Virus record (IMG/VR): IMGVR_UViG_3300014720_000001
Location: 124,001-188,000 of that record
DNA length: 64,000 bases
Strand: one strand, 5' to 3'
In this document: piece after piece, positions 40,801 through 49,558 of the stretch
Position numbering within the stretch: position 1 is the stretch's first letter
How the letters are laid out: every line of letters starts with the position of its first letter
Translations under genes and position numbers: made by a program
Notes under the pieces: model-generated
Told to the model about the DNA's origin: nothing
The model's input: only the letters and a program-made list of their open reading frames with translations
The model's database searches: none

Positions 40801-40974
40801 TTCATCAATTTCATCGCCCAGCACCACTGCGTGCGCAATGAAGTCTGGGCCGGCTGGCGGCATACCCGGATCCGTAAGCGGAATGAACGGGTATGCCGCA
40901 GCCGTAAAGTCTTCTGTATTCGGATCGTACAGCGTCTGCGTCAGACGGTGCGTAAGCGAAATACCCTGTGCCAT
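37807..40974 (-). CDS. polA: Family A DNA polymerase with N-terminal family-4 UDG-like domain and 3'-5' exonuclease
   Basis: UDG-like VMVVGKLPG...LEQEIRIVQPEFILCLGNEA...HPA; Exo DCE and YASYD; Pol TGRASS..P.LQN, DLTGAEL, RVAAKNVNFGIPYG, QIHDA. Confidence 0.93.
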   Translation of the reverse strand: MAQGISLTHRLTQTLYDPNTEDFTAAAYPFIPLTDPGMPPAGPDFIAHAVVLGDEIDEASAKKKKSVPVGTHLTNLYRNALYRPDFHLPISHKSSKELIPVSFLPGHIWGKKSAAVETYGPWHKARVMVVGKLPGYYEMESLNATAGPAMTALAEIFEECGIPPEMYESWYVTFACKFAAPFEITAVPAAWIKNCAILLEQEIRIVQPEFILCLGNEAIKAVMRTNAAVTGLAGRILDISAPDADGNTRTMKAMSVMHPAFVVRKPEATEDFVGQIRRFKALIHDELLDEEAVDHADIYTEEALAEVVDAMLADPDPNANIIAIDCEWHGDYPTEDGAYLRTVQISNKDKWARTIVLRHQGGAEAFQPNLNAARQQMIRLLKSTPDRHVRVGGHFFRADLPWLVDFGVDVRPEYAPAEDPDDRTHGGWDTSLMYHAVNECARYGLDECSMRFTAAPTYWEPLDHWKKKYRTDNKLKASEVGGYGECPAHVLHPYASYDVDVTRRIMMRFYGTNGKDGIIARSGTGHDCWLPYWTAHNASLAFLEMEMTGLEIDRNRADELTTLFMNTQEQLLAEIREELQWPEFNPKSQPQLAIALFGRDFADRYTNSPTIPEAAQTLDLRPVKTTGKRPVLWNELTYRGLNADTVTPSTDKESLGILGHINSTAAKIRDYKFISQVLQSVLRKPSETDDGEYELDENGNYTYEKGLVGCVHTDGKVRTHMFQTKETGRASSSRPPLQNLSSRREDDYKRILGKDRYQHPVRSILRVPKGCVGIETDLTGAELAVLAWLSQDKNMIEHVRRNLLPEDHPDHYDIHSQQAVKTFRLSGVTPTKQGMADAGVKGLRVAAKNVNFGIPYGRGSEALARQCKEEGHDVTADQCQAMIDAYFQSYPGTKSFLAECRMRSQDPGWLVGPYGRFRRFMPTKDRAVRGEQERQAQNFPIQGGVADAVSIALYNFYKYREEHSDIDYKIALQIHDAIVLIVPLEHAERVYKEVIPECMVTGVPFWPHRLDGTKIENAGPYHFGMSRDVFFHWGENLKPAKSRGLGIDWFCDEKG

Positions 40975-40980
40975 AACGCC

Positions 40981-42048
40981 TCACAACAAAAACGAAAGAT
41001 CTGCCGAAACATCCACAGCATCTGCGGACGCCGACAACATTTCAAATAACTCAGACCGGGAGTAGTCAGCTGGATCACGATCATCGGGCAAGATGACCGG
41101 CACAACATTAACGTTCCGCTGGCAAAGAGCCGACACGACCTGCTCTAGCTCTGTCTGCGCGTCGTGGTCGAGCACAACGAACACAGGCTTATTTGCCCAT
41201 GTCGTTGCGATCGTGTTGCACTGCCACGCTGACAACGTCTTACCAAAAATGCAGACGCCGGCAACCCCTAGCCGCCAAACGCTCGGCACGCCCTCGACCA
41301 CGACGGCAACCGGCTGCGTAGCCGCGTTGTCGTAGTTGTAAAGAACCTGACTTTTGCGCATGCCGTTGTAGTACTTGACGGTCATCTTGCTGTTGCCAAC
41401 AACGCGACCCTGCCAGCCGACCAACTGCCCGTGAAAATGAACCGGAATGTAAATACGGCCGTGCATAATCCGATGCTTGTCCAGCCGCGGATTTACGCAC
41501 ACGCCGATTTGAAACATTTCGGCTAGCTCGGCGGGGTCAAAACCGCGGCCGGTCAAATAATCAATCGCCGGGTGGTACGCAGGCAACGTAGCAAGCGGAA
41601 GTATCTCTCCCGGCGGTTCAATCGTCTCGTGCGCCGTGTCGAGCGGCACGGAGCGAATTGGTGTCCGCAGCATGAGTCGCCGGCCGGCGCCGAAAACCAT
41701 GTCTTCAAACTGCTCAAGCCGGCCGGGCTTATCGAGACAGTTTTCGTTGTAGCACACCACCAGATGCGTGTTTGCCCGACGACCGTTGCGAATGTCTGCT
41801 CCGTACCGGTGATTTACCCACAGACGACTTCGCTGGTCGCGACAAAACGGACAACACACGCAGTAATACTCACCCCAGTTTCCGCGATACGTAACCTTAC
41901 CGCGGCGGAGTGGATCATCAAATTGTTCGACCTGCGCGGGCACACCTTCGTTTGCGATAGTTACCTCGCCGAACTTGTGCGCGAGCAGACCGTACAGTAC
42001 GGGATTCAGGGGATTTGAACTTGGCGTCTTTGAAACCGCCATTTTCAT
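40981..42048 (-). CDS. dnaG: DnaG-like primase (Zn finger plus TOPRIM)
   Basis: CPFC, GRIYIPV...VGWQGR, KYYN, VVVEG, VLDHDA, DPAD; ATG at 42048 with AGGAG. Confidence 0.85.
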   Translation of the reverse strand: MKMAVSKTPSSNPLNPVLYGLLAHKFGEVTIANEGVPAQVEQFDDPLRRGKVTYRGNWGEYYCVCCPFCRDQRSRLWVNHRYGADIRNGRRANTHLVVCYNENCLDKPGRLEQFEDMVFGAGRRLMLRTPIRSVPLDTAHETIEPPGEILPLATLPAYHPAIDYLTGRGFDPAELAEMFQIGVCVNPRLDKHRIMHGRIYIPVHFHGQLVGWQGRVVGNSKMTVKYYNGMRKSQVLYNYDNAATQPVAVVVEGVPSVWRLGVAGVCIFGKTLSAWQCNTIATTWANKPVFVVLDHDAQTELEQVVSALCQRNVNVVPVILPDDRDPADYSRSELFEMLSASADAVDVSADLSFLL

Positions 42049-42059
42049 ACTGACTCCTC

Positions 42060-43736
42060 TCACGACATCATGTCTTCAGCAAATGTGTCTACCGGAATAA
42101 TACGCCGAACAGCCGAACGCGGACGGGTGAGTGCCGCCGCTTCTTCTGGACTAACCGGCGCGATGTCGCCGCGCTGAATGATGCGCTTGGCGGCTTCAGA
42201 CGCGGTGTACTCGTCGTTTACAAGACGAATCTCGGCAACTTTGTCATCAATCTTGATCAAACCTTTGAGGTTATCTGCCCGAAGGTAACGCAACTTCGAC
42301 CAGTAGATCGTCGAAACATGGCACGCCTCATCGCGCGCATTTACGCAAAGGCACGCGTGCAGATTCTCCGCGAACGACTTTGAACCGGACGCGTCAGCAT
42401 GCGAAACGTACCGATACGGGGGGATGTTTTTAACTTCACCCTGCGCGAGCTGATGCGCCAGCATAATTACAGCGCCCGACGGCACCGCAATCCTCGCCCG
42501 TAACTGGTCAACTGCGTTTTTGATTGGCCGCGCCATCGACTCTGAATACTTCGTCTTGACGTTGGCGTTCATTTCACGCTCAACCATGACGCCGCAATAG
42601 TCGATGGCCACAAACCCAATTTCCATTCCACGCTCGCGGGCCAGTTGCTCCAGCGCCACGACAATCTCCGCCACGCCGCCAGCGCCGCGATTACCGGTCT
42701 TCTCGTTCTGCGAAAAGTCCAGATACATAAAGTTATGATTAAACCACGAAATAGCGGCGACCCAACGCTCGCGTTCACCGAACATGACTTCGCCGTTTCG
42801 ATTGACCGGCAACTCGCGATCGTAGTCTTTAAGGTTGTCAGCGGTCGACAGCTCATTCCAAAAGTCACGCCCGACGGCAAACAACGAACGATCAATTTGC
42901 GCAGCAGCAGACCAGAACGTCGGATTCATCTTTTCGGCCGGATCTTCGTAGCCGATAAATACCGACAGTTTATTGGGCGAGTTTGCGGCATACTGCTGTG
43001 CCATACGGACAGCCGTAACGGCCAGAAGTGTCGTCTTACCGCCGCCATAGGGCCCTAAGACGCCAATAATGTCACCTGCCCGAAAACCTTGCAGGTACTC
43101 GTCAATAAACGGCAGCGTCGTTGGGACCGCGACCGGCGGGAGCGCAATGGGCGATCCGGGCTCAGGCATCATGGCCGCGTTCTCAAACCGCTTGCCCAGT
43201 GCCTCGACCGATTGTGCTTTTCTCGTCCACTGCGCTAACTGCGACTCTAGGTTCTCCGGCGCGCCGCCCAAAGTATTCAGTACGGCCTGCGCCTCGCCTT
43301 TGACCATGCGCTCGCGAATAAACCGGCGAGTGATGTCCTCGATGTAGGACTTCTCGGCGCGAGCTTCGGTTTCGGCCAGCGGAGTAACGCTAAAAGACGC
43401 GTCGACAAAACGGACCAACTCCTCGACCGCGTCGTTACTTAACGGAAGGGCAGAGGTACCGGCGACGGCGCTGTCACGCCACGCCAGTAATCGCGTGTTG
43501 ATCATTTCGGCCGTGAGCGCGCCGAACTGTTCGTACAGTTCTTTCATCGCCGCAAACAGATAGTAAAACGGCAACTCGTCCAGCGTCTGACCGAAATGGC
43601 CGTGTGTAAGCCCAACGCGCAACGAATCACGCAGCAGGGAGGAGTGCTGTAGAAACCCCGAGATCATCGTGCCAATCTCGGACGTTGTCACCGCGTCGAC
43701 TGTCTTTAATTTTTCGTCTATGAACTCACTAGGCAT
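42060..43736 (-). CDS. dnaB: DnaB-like replicative helicase
   Basis: Walker A GPYGGGKTT, IGYED, Walker B VAIDY, AHQL, SKLR; adjacent to primase. Confidence 0.8.
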   Translation of the reverse strand: MPSEFIDEKLKTVDAVTTSEIGTMISGFLQHSSLLRDSLRVGLTHGHFGQTLDELPFYYLFAAMKELYEQFGALTAEMINTRLLAWRDSAVAGTSALPLSNDAVEELVRFVDASFSVTPLAETEARAEKSYIEDITRRFIRERMVKGEAQAVLNTLGGAPENLESQLAQWTRKAQSVEALGKRFENAAMMPEPGSPIALPPVAVPTTLPFIDEYLQGFRAGDIIGVLGPYGGGKTTLLAVTAVRMAQQYAANSPNKLSVFIGYEDPAEKMNPTFWSAAAQIDRSLFAVGRDFWNELSTADNLKDYDRELPVNRNGEVMFGERERWVAAISWFNHNFMYLDFSQNEKTGNRGAGGVAEIVVALEQLARERGMEIGFVAIDYCGVMVEREMNANVKTKYSESMARPIKNAVDQLRARIAVPSGAVIMLAHQLAQGEVKNIPPYRYVSHADASGSKSFAENLHACLCVNARDEACHVSTIYWSKLRYLRADNLKGLIKIDDKVAEIRLVNDEYTASEAAKRIIQRGDIAPVSPEEAAALTRPRSAVRRIIPVDTFAEDMMS

Positions 43737-44496
43737 CGTAATTTCTCCAATACTGCCTTATCTCGACAACGCCGAGTTTAATTTCGTTTTCTATCCACCA
43801 TGCGTATTCTGGATGCGTCGCGATTACGGCGTCATATGACCGCTGCTGCGCTTCGTAATCCAGCGCGGCTTTCCATAAATAACGCTCGACGGCTTTTTCG
43901 CAGTTACGGCGAGAGGCAAACGCGTTTCGAAAAAACGGAGTCGCTGTGACGTAACTTTCGTCGCAGAGTACGTATAGTTCCTGCGTGGCCTCCGGCATTT
44001 TGTATATCGCGGTTGTTGACATTCGTAACTTCAACGTCTCTGCCGCCACGTGAAAACGATCTTTAAGTATCCGCGGCATATGAGTCATGTAGTCGCGGTA
44101 AATCTCGGCTGACTTGGCGCTGTACAAAATCGCTGGGCGCATTTCCGTCAAACGCTGATTGCCGGTCGCAATGCGTTCGGTCGCAATGGCCGAAAAATGC
44201 GCGTATACCCAGCCGCCAAGATCCGCGTCGACACGTTCTGCGGCGCGAAGAATTTTGCCCCAGACAGGCGTGTGTTTTACGCCGTAGGAGTCTTTACCGC
44301 CGTCCCATGACGGCCTACGCCGAGTATGCGTATTTGCGTCCCAGTCGTGGACGCGTTCATTTAGATATATGTACTGGTACCGGATGTAAGCAAGTTTTTG
44401 CTCCGGCGTCAGAAACCTGTACCAGTCAGCTGATAATAGATCTACATCATTCCCCGCTATCTGCTCCGCGGGTTCGCCAAGAGCGCTGCGCGTCAT
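43729..44496 (-). CDS. Hypothetical protein in the replication cluster
   Basis: ATG at 44496 with GGAG; overlaps both helicase genes. Confidence 0.65.
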   Translation of the reverse strand: MTRSALGEPAEQIAGNDVDLLSADWYRFLTPEQKLAYIRYQYIYLNERVHDWDANTHTRRRPSWDGGKDSYGVKHTPVWGKILRAAERVDADLGGWVYAHFSAIATERIATGNQRLTEMRPAILYSAKSAEIYRDYMTHMPRILKDRFHVAAETLKLRMSTTAIYKMPEATQELYVLCDESYVTATPFFRNAFASRRNCEKAVERYLWKAALDYEAQQRSYDAVIATHPEYAWWIENEIKLGVVEIRQYWRNYDA

Positions 44497-45985
44497 GCCA
44501 ATTCTGCTCCCATCCGAGGAGTTTATAGCTGTTTCGTCGCCCCAGACTCTTCCGATAGAAGGTCGGGTCGAACGTGTCCATGCAATCCAATACTTCGCCA
44601 AACTCTTTTCGCGTGCCGTCTGGAGCTGTGTAAATTCGACTTACACGCCCCGGACCCTGCACGTCCACAATATCGCTATCGCGGTCATCGGCGCGGACAA
44701 GAACATTTAGTTGTTCAAAGTCGACACCGGTGGCCCATACGTCCGTGGCGATTACGCGCTTGAGTTGTCCAGCCTCGAACTGAGAACGCATGTCGTACTT
44801 TTGAATGTCTGTGAGCGGCTTGTAGTCGGCGGGCAAAAGGCCCTTTTTCCGATAGCCGGCACAGTCATAAGGCGACATGTTTCCATATACGAGACTGAAA
44901 TCAGGCAATTGCGCGCCGAGATGAACAGCGTGTTCAATCGTCTCTACGAGGATCAGAATTTGGTGAGATTCTGGATATCCCCGCACGGCTTCGGCGATGA
45001 TACGGTTCCGCTCATGGTTTGTCCAGATGCCGTATCGCTTTCGCGCCACACGGTTGTTGTAGCGCTCGGCAGGGTTCGCACGCAGCCGCATGGGAAGCCA
45101 ATTGACTCGCACCGGCACAACCAGCCCAAGCTCGACAGCGTTCTGGTAGGTCAACTCGAATACCATCGGGCCGAACATGGGCTCAAGCACCGCATGAGCG
45201 TTGTCCATTCGGGCGTATGGCGTCGCGCTCAAACCAAAGTTGCGGCTTGTGCGATAGCGGGCGGCTAGCGCCGTAGAGAAATTGATCGTAGCGAGCTGGT
45301 GAACCTCGTCGGCAAACAGGAAGTCTGCATCGCCATCCGAGTGCGCCAAGCTGCCAGCCGTGATCACCGTGACGCGCTCCCACTGTTTCCAGCCGTCGCC
45401 TACGCGGCCCACTTTCGGCAAAAGCCGTTTCAGGCTGCGCACGATACGGTCGGCTACGTCCACGGACTTTGTAACGACGTGGATCTTGGCGGTAGGAAAC
45501 AACAGTGCGGCAGCGCCGATCAGGGTCGTTTTGCCGAACCCGGTGACCGCCTTGATAATTCCGCACGGCACACGAGAGATCGTGCGTAAACATTCTTCCT
45601 GTCGGGCGCGAAACGTAATCCGACCGTCCAGATTCTCCCACTGCGGCGTAAAGCAGTCTGGCCGCTTTCGCTGGCCGGACCGATCTACAAGCAACGTGGG
45701 ACAACCAAGCTTTTTCAGGCGGTTGACCATGCGCGCCAGATATCCGCTCAGCACAACAACATGGCCGTGCTCGACGCGGTATAGCTTGTATTCTTTTGTC
45801 TGAAAGAACATGCGCTGTCCAGTAATCGGATCCCGGCGCGCTTGTCCGTGAACCTGCTCGACGTGAGAGTATCGCAGGTCGTGTGTGAGCCGCTTGATCA
45901 GCTCTTCGTTTAATGGCGCATTGTCTGCGCCGGTCAGCGTTAAAACGTTGCCAACGCGTGTAATTGTTACCGGTTGTGCAAGCAT
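44447..45985 (-). CDS. Superfamily 2 DExH helicase (UvsW/XPB-like)
   Basis: TGFGKT, FADEVH, GLSATP, ATDVWATGVD, QGPGRVSR; start reset to MLAQPV at 45985. Confidence 0.9.
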   Translation of the reverse strand: MLAQPVTITRVGNVLTLTGADNAPLNEELIKRLTHDLRYSHVEQVHGQARRDPITGQRMFFQTKEYKLYRVEHGHVVVLSGYLARMVNRLKKLGCPTLLVDRSGQRKRPDCFTPQWENLDGRITFRARQEECLRTISRVPCGIIKAVTGFGKTTLIGAAALLFPTAKIHVVTKSVDVADRIVRSLKRLLPKVGRVGDGWKQWERVTVITAGSLAHSDGDADFLFADEVHQLATINFSTALAARYRTSRNFGLSATPYARMDNAHAVLEPMFGPMVFELTYQNAVELGLVVPVRVNWLPMRLRANPAERYNNRVARKRYGIWTNHERNRIIAEAVRGYPESHQILILVETIEHAVHLGAQLPDFSLVYGNMSPYDCAGYRKKGLLPADYKPLTDIQKYDMRSQFEAGQLKRVIATDVWATGVDFEQLNVLVRADDRDSDIVDVQGPGRVSRIYTAPDGTRKEFGEVLDCMDTFDPTFYRKSLGRRNSYKLLGWEQNWHDAQRSWRTRGADSGE

Positions 45986-45986
45986 G

Positions 45987-46484
45987 CTATCCGTCGCTTC
46001 CCGGCCCTGAGACGGGTTCGACGGAAAGGACTTCAAATGTCCCATATTTTTCCTGTGCGTTGTTGAACGGGGAAAACCCCCGATACTTCCCGACCAAGGT
46101 GAGTAAATGCACAAAGTCTCCCAGTGAAATCTCCTCCGGAAGCACCGCCGACAATATCACAATGTCGCCGGGGCGAAAAGCCTCGTGCAGCGCGTAGTGG
46201 CTGCGCATCTGATTATCGGCCTGTTGCGTCAAAATCGTGCGGCGCCAGTCGTTTCTGGGCTCGCCCATGACGATTGGGCACCAATCAATTTTTTTGACGT
46301 CGCTGTGGTGCCGGTTGGCGATCTTGGCCGCATACCGCATACACGACAGCCACGCCGACGGCAGAAACATGACACGCTGGCTGGGGTCACGGTCGAAGCA
46401 GAAAATAATCTGTCCGTGCCGCCGCTTTTTGGCGGCTCCGAGGCACACGCGGTTGAACCGGATTTTGATAGTTATTTCCTGCAT
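45987..46484 (-). CDS. RAMP/Cas7-like small protein (putative)
   Basis: ITIKIRF..CLG; FDRD..RVMFLPSAWLSCMRYAA; HEAFRPGDIV; LLTLVGKYRGFS...YGTFEV follow RAMP motif order. Confidence 0.55.
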   Translation of the reverse strand: MQEITIKIRFNRVCLGAAKKRRHGQIIFCFDRDPSQRVMFLPSAWLSCMRYAAKIANRHHSDVKKIDWCPIVMGEPRNDWRRTILTQQADNQMRSHYALHEAFRPGDIVILSAVLPEEISLGDFVHLLTLVGKYRGFSPFNNAQEKYGTFEVLSVEPVSGPGSDG

Positions 46485-46485
46485 G

Positions 46486-47421
46486 TTATTTCTTGCTCAT
46501 ATGCTCCGCGTACGCCGCCCGTTCTGCCGGTGTCTTGAAAAACAAGTTTGGCGCGAACAGCCCGTCTTTTGTGCCGCGTCGATTTTCAATCCCGTCTAGC
46601 CAGTTGTAACGCAGATAGCGCACAAACGCCTGCGACGCTCGAAGATCGCCCTTCGGGCCGCCCTTGGCCGCTTTGTAAATGCGATACAAAAAGTTAGCGG
46701 GATCTTGTAAATCAATTGCGTCTGGTTCCACGGTCTTCCACGTCCGCAAAACATTTGCGCAACGCAGCTCGCGGCCTTTGTGCAGCAAGCGCTTCGGCGT
46801 TGACACGCTTGTTTGTACCTGCGGAGTCAGACCCAGAAACAGCTCCAGCTTAGCCGCACGATCCGGTGACTTACGGTCCACGTACCAGCGCGGATCTACA
46901 ATCGTGGCCAGCAGCTGCGCGGCCACTTCCGCGTCCAACGTCGGAATAAACGTCAGCGCTTTATGTGCCGGGTGCATCCGAAAGTACGCCTGCGCCGCGT
47001 CGTCAAACACAAAGTTTGTCCGCTGCATGCGCCCGAGAATCGCGTACGTCGGGTAATCGTGGACCGAAAGCGCATGCCAGCCGCCCGCAGCCGGCGCTAC
47101 GTCGACACTGCGCATGCGACGCAAAACAATCTGCGGGTCGTCAATATCTTCGGCAGTGTGCAAGACGTTCGGTCCGGCGATCTCAACGCGGTTAATCTCG
47201 TTTTTATGGCGGCGTAAATACAGCGCCGAAATTAACTCGGCGTTTTGCGGCAGCCCAAGTACGCGCACCTGTACGCCAATGCCGTTTAGCACGGGAGACA
47301 GCAGAAACGAATCCAGCAGCTGCTCGGAGTTGGTTGCCGGGCCGATTCCGGTTGAAAACCAAACCCGACCATCCGTATGCGTGTGCAGTTTAATTACTGT
47401 TTCATCAGTTACGCTGTACAT
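46486..47421 (-). CDS. Degenerate IS110-transposase/Nop-domain-like protein
   Basis: LTFIPTLDAEVAAQLLATIVDPRWY...AKLELFLGLTPQVQTS matches the IS110 C-terminal L.sIPGiG...Aa.ll.eigD..rF....l.ayaGL.P...qS pattern; N-terminal half is RuvC-like without the first two acidic residues. Confidence 0.65.
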   Translation of the reverse strand: MYSVTDETVIKLHTHTDGRVWFSTGIGPATNSEQLLDSFLLSPVLNGIGVQVRVLGLPQNAELISALYLRRHKNEINRVEIAGPNVLHTAEDIDDPQIVLRRMRSVDVAPAAGGWHALSVHDYPTYAILGRMQRTNFVFDDAAQAYFRMHPAHKALTFIPTLDAEVAAQLLATIVDPRWYVDRKSPDRAAKLELFLGLTPQVQTSVSTPKRLLHKGRELRCANVLRTWKTVEPDAIDLQDPANFLYRIYKAAKGGPKGDLRASQAFVRYLRYNWLDGIENRRGTKDGLFAPNLFFKTPAERAAYAEHMSKK

Positions 47422-49558
47422 GCCGCAGCTCCGGAGCTTCGAGTTCAATAGCCGATTCAAACAAGTGAGACAGATTAACCGCGTGGGTTACCAGTAAGCA
47501 CTGCAACCCCTTGGCCGTTGACAGCTCGCGCAGCTTTTCTAGCACCGGGGCCAGCGCTTGAATACGCGGCTGATCCAGTGACGCAGTCGGCTCGTCCAGC
47601 GCAAGCAAGCCGATTTCTTCGGCAAACATCGCGTTGACGGCGACGCGAAACGCAAGTGCCAAGACCGTTTTCTGCCCGACAGATAGTCGTTGAGCGACTT
47701 GTCGTCGTCCGTCAAAGAACTCGGCGATAAATGTTGGTGTTCCATCCGTGGCCACCTTGATAACAAAGTTTACACGAAACACCTGCAGCAACTCATTAAT
47801 CGCCGCTTCAAGCCGCTGCAGGTTACGCTGTGCTACGAGCCGCGGCGCATTCTTCAAAGCCTCTCGCGCTGTTTCTGCCAGTCCAGACCAGCGCCGCAGC
47901 TTACCAGCCCGAACTTCCTGCGCTCGCACTTCTGCGCACTGCTCGTCAAACCGCTTCTTCTCGAACAGGATTTGCGCGCGCTGATCCGCCAGCCCCGTGC
48001 GCGTTTTCAGCTGCTCCTGTAACTGCTGCAACTGCGTCTGCGCCAGATGCGCGTCAGCATGTGTGACAGATATCTCAGCCAACTCTTCTTCGAGCTGCTT
48101 CTTGCGGGCCTTGAGCGCTTCGATTGCGCCATTGACCTGCGCCCGTTCTTCCCGAGCTTTCTGAGCCAGCGGTTCAATCTCTTTCTTGACGCGCTGAAAC
48201 TCTTCGTAATCCACGACCGCCTGCTGCAGCTCATCCTCGCTCGATTCTGGCGGCTTTACAGCGAGTAAGTCTTTTTCAGCTGCGTCAAGCTGCTGTTCTT
48301 TCGCTTCGCGCGCTTTCTGTCGCTTTTCCCAATCCTGCCACACGGCCTCTTTGAGTGTCTGACGACTGGCAGCGTTTTTCCACTCCACTAGGTCTTCTTC
48401 CATTTTCACAAGGTCAAGCTTGTACTGCTCAACCTGCGCCGCCAACTGCGACGACGGTGTGTGGCATGTGGGGCATTCGGCGCAACCGTCAGCCGAAAAC
48501 ATATCAATAAATCGTTTGGCGTCTTTGATACGCTGCTCACGCGAGTGCTGATCGCGGCGCATTTCTTCAGCAGTCGGCAAACCCGGCTTTTCAGGCTGCT
48601 GATCTTTCTCGCATTCGGCGGCTAGTTGCGCGCGCGTGGCCTGAAAGTTTTCCTTGGCTTTCGCGACGCTCTTGTAGCTCGCCCAATGCCCGAGCGCGAC
48701 CCGGGCGGCGGCGTGCGCTGATTCCTGCCCGTCAGCCGCCTGCGTCAACGCCAGCAGGTCTGCGTCGTACTGCGCAGAGGAGTTTACAAGCGCTTCCAGT
48801 GCTTGCTGTTGCTGCTCAAGTTGCTTTTCCAGCTTGGACAGCTCCGCCGCGCCACGCTCTCTGGCGTCCCACTGCTGAATTGTCGTCTGGTCGGCCCGCA
48901 TGAGCGCCAGAATGTTATCTGGGTTCGGCAGTTGCGCGATCTGCTCCGCCAGCGCCTGCGCCCGCTTTGCCGCATCATTTGCCTGCGCCTCCAGCTCGTC
49001 AGCGGTATGCACGATCTCTGGAATGCTCAGCTTAGATAGCGACTTGCCAATTACGTCTTGGCACTTGTCAGCCCGCGACGTGTTAAACAGCCGCTGAAAA
49101 AACTTATCAGTGTCAGTTTGGTTGTCGTCAATGAACGAAAAGATCTCAGTCTGCGAGACAATGATAAACCGACTGATAAACTTGGCGTCGACACCCAACA
49201 GCTTCTCGATGCCGGCGGTTACGCTCTTGTCGCCGCGGCCTATTTCTTTGCCATCCACGAGTAGGGTGGACTGCTCTTTCTCCGGCAGTAGGTGCCGTGT
49301 CACAACAGCGATATGCCCGTTATGTTCGAACTCTAGCGTGGCGTACGCAGGTTCACCTTCGCGAGCATATTGCGAAATGTTGTCGGACTTTACGCCAAAA
49401 TTTGGATTCTCGCCGGTGAGCAGCCATCGAATCGCGCCAAACAAGCTGCTCTTGCCAGAACCGTTTTCGCCGAGAATCGCGACTAACCCGCGGGTAAACT
49501 CACACACTCGATAGCGGTGGTGTACCCAATTCTTCACTTCCAGTCGCAAGAGCTGCAT
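47405..49558 (-). CDS. sbcC: SbcC/Rad50 ATPase
   Basis: GENGSGKS, Q-loop, coiled coils with CPTC zinc hook, LSVGQ, LDEPT, VTH. Confidence 0.92.
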   Translation of the reverse strand: MQLLRLEVKNWVHHRYRVCEFTRGLVAILGENGSGKSSLFGAIRWLLTGENPNFGVKSDNISQYAREGEPAYATLEFEHNGHIAVVTRHLLPEKEQSTLLVDGKEIGRGDKSVTAGIEKLLGVDAKFISRFIIVSQTEIFSFIDDNQTDTDKFFQRLFNTSRADKCQDVIGKSLSKLSIPEIVHTADELEAQANDAAKRAQALAEQIAQLPNPDNILALMRADQTTIQQWDARERGAAELSKLEKQLEQQQQALEALVNSSAQYDADLLALTQAADGQESAHAAARVALGHWASYKSVAKAKENFQATRAQLAAECEKDQQPEKPGLPTAEEMRRDQHSREQRIKDAKRFIDMFSADGCAECPTCHTPSSQLAAQVEQYKLDLVKMEEDLVEWKNAASRQTLKEAVWQDWEKRQKAREAKEQQLDAAEKDLLAVKPPESSEDELQQAVVDYEEFQRVKKEIEPLAQKAREERAQVNGAIEALKARKKQLEEELAEISVTHADAHLAQTQLQQLQEQLKTRTGLADQRAQILFEKKRFDEQCAEVRAQEVRAGKLRRWSGLAETAREALKNAPRLVAQRNLQRLEAAINELLQVFRVNFVIKVATDGTPTFIAEFFDGRRQVAQRLSVGQKTVLALAFRVAVNAMFAEEIGLLALDEPTASLDQPRIQALAPVLEKLRELSTAKGLQCLLVTHAVNLSHLFESAIELEAPELRHVQRN

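Noticed and set aside
46486-47421. Active IS110 insertion sequence
   Set aside because: No non-coding ends, incomplete DEDD site, and tight coupling to both neighbours.
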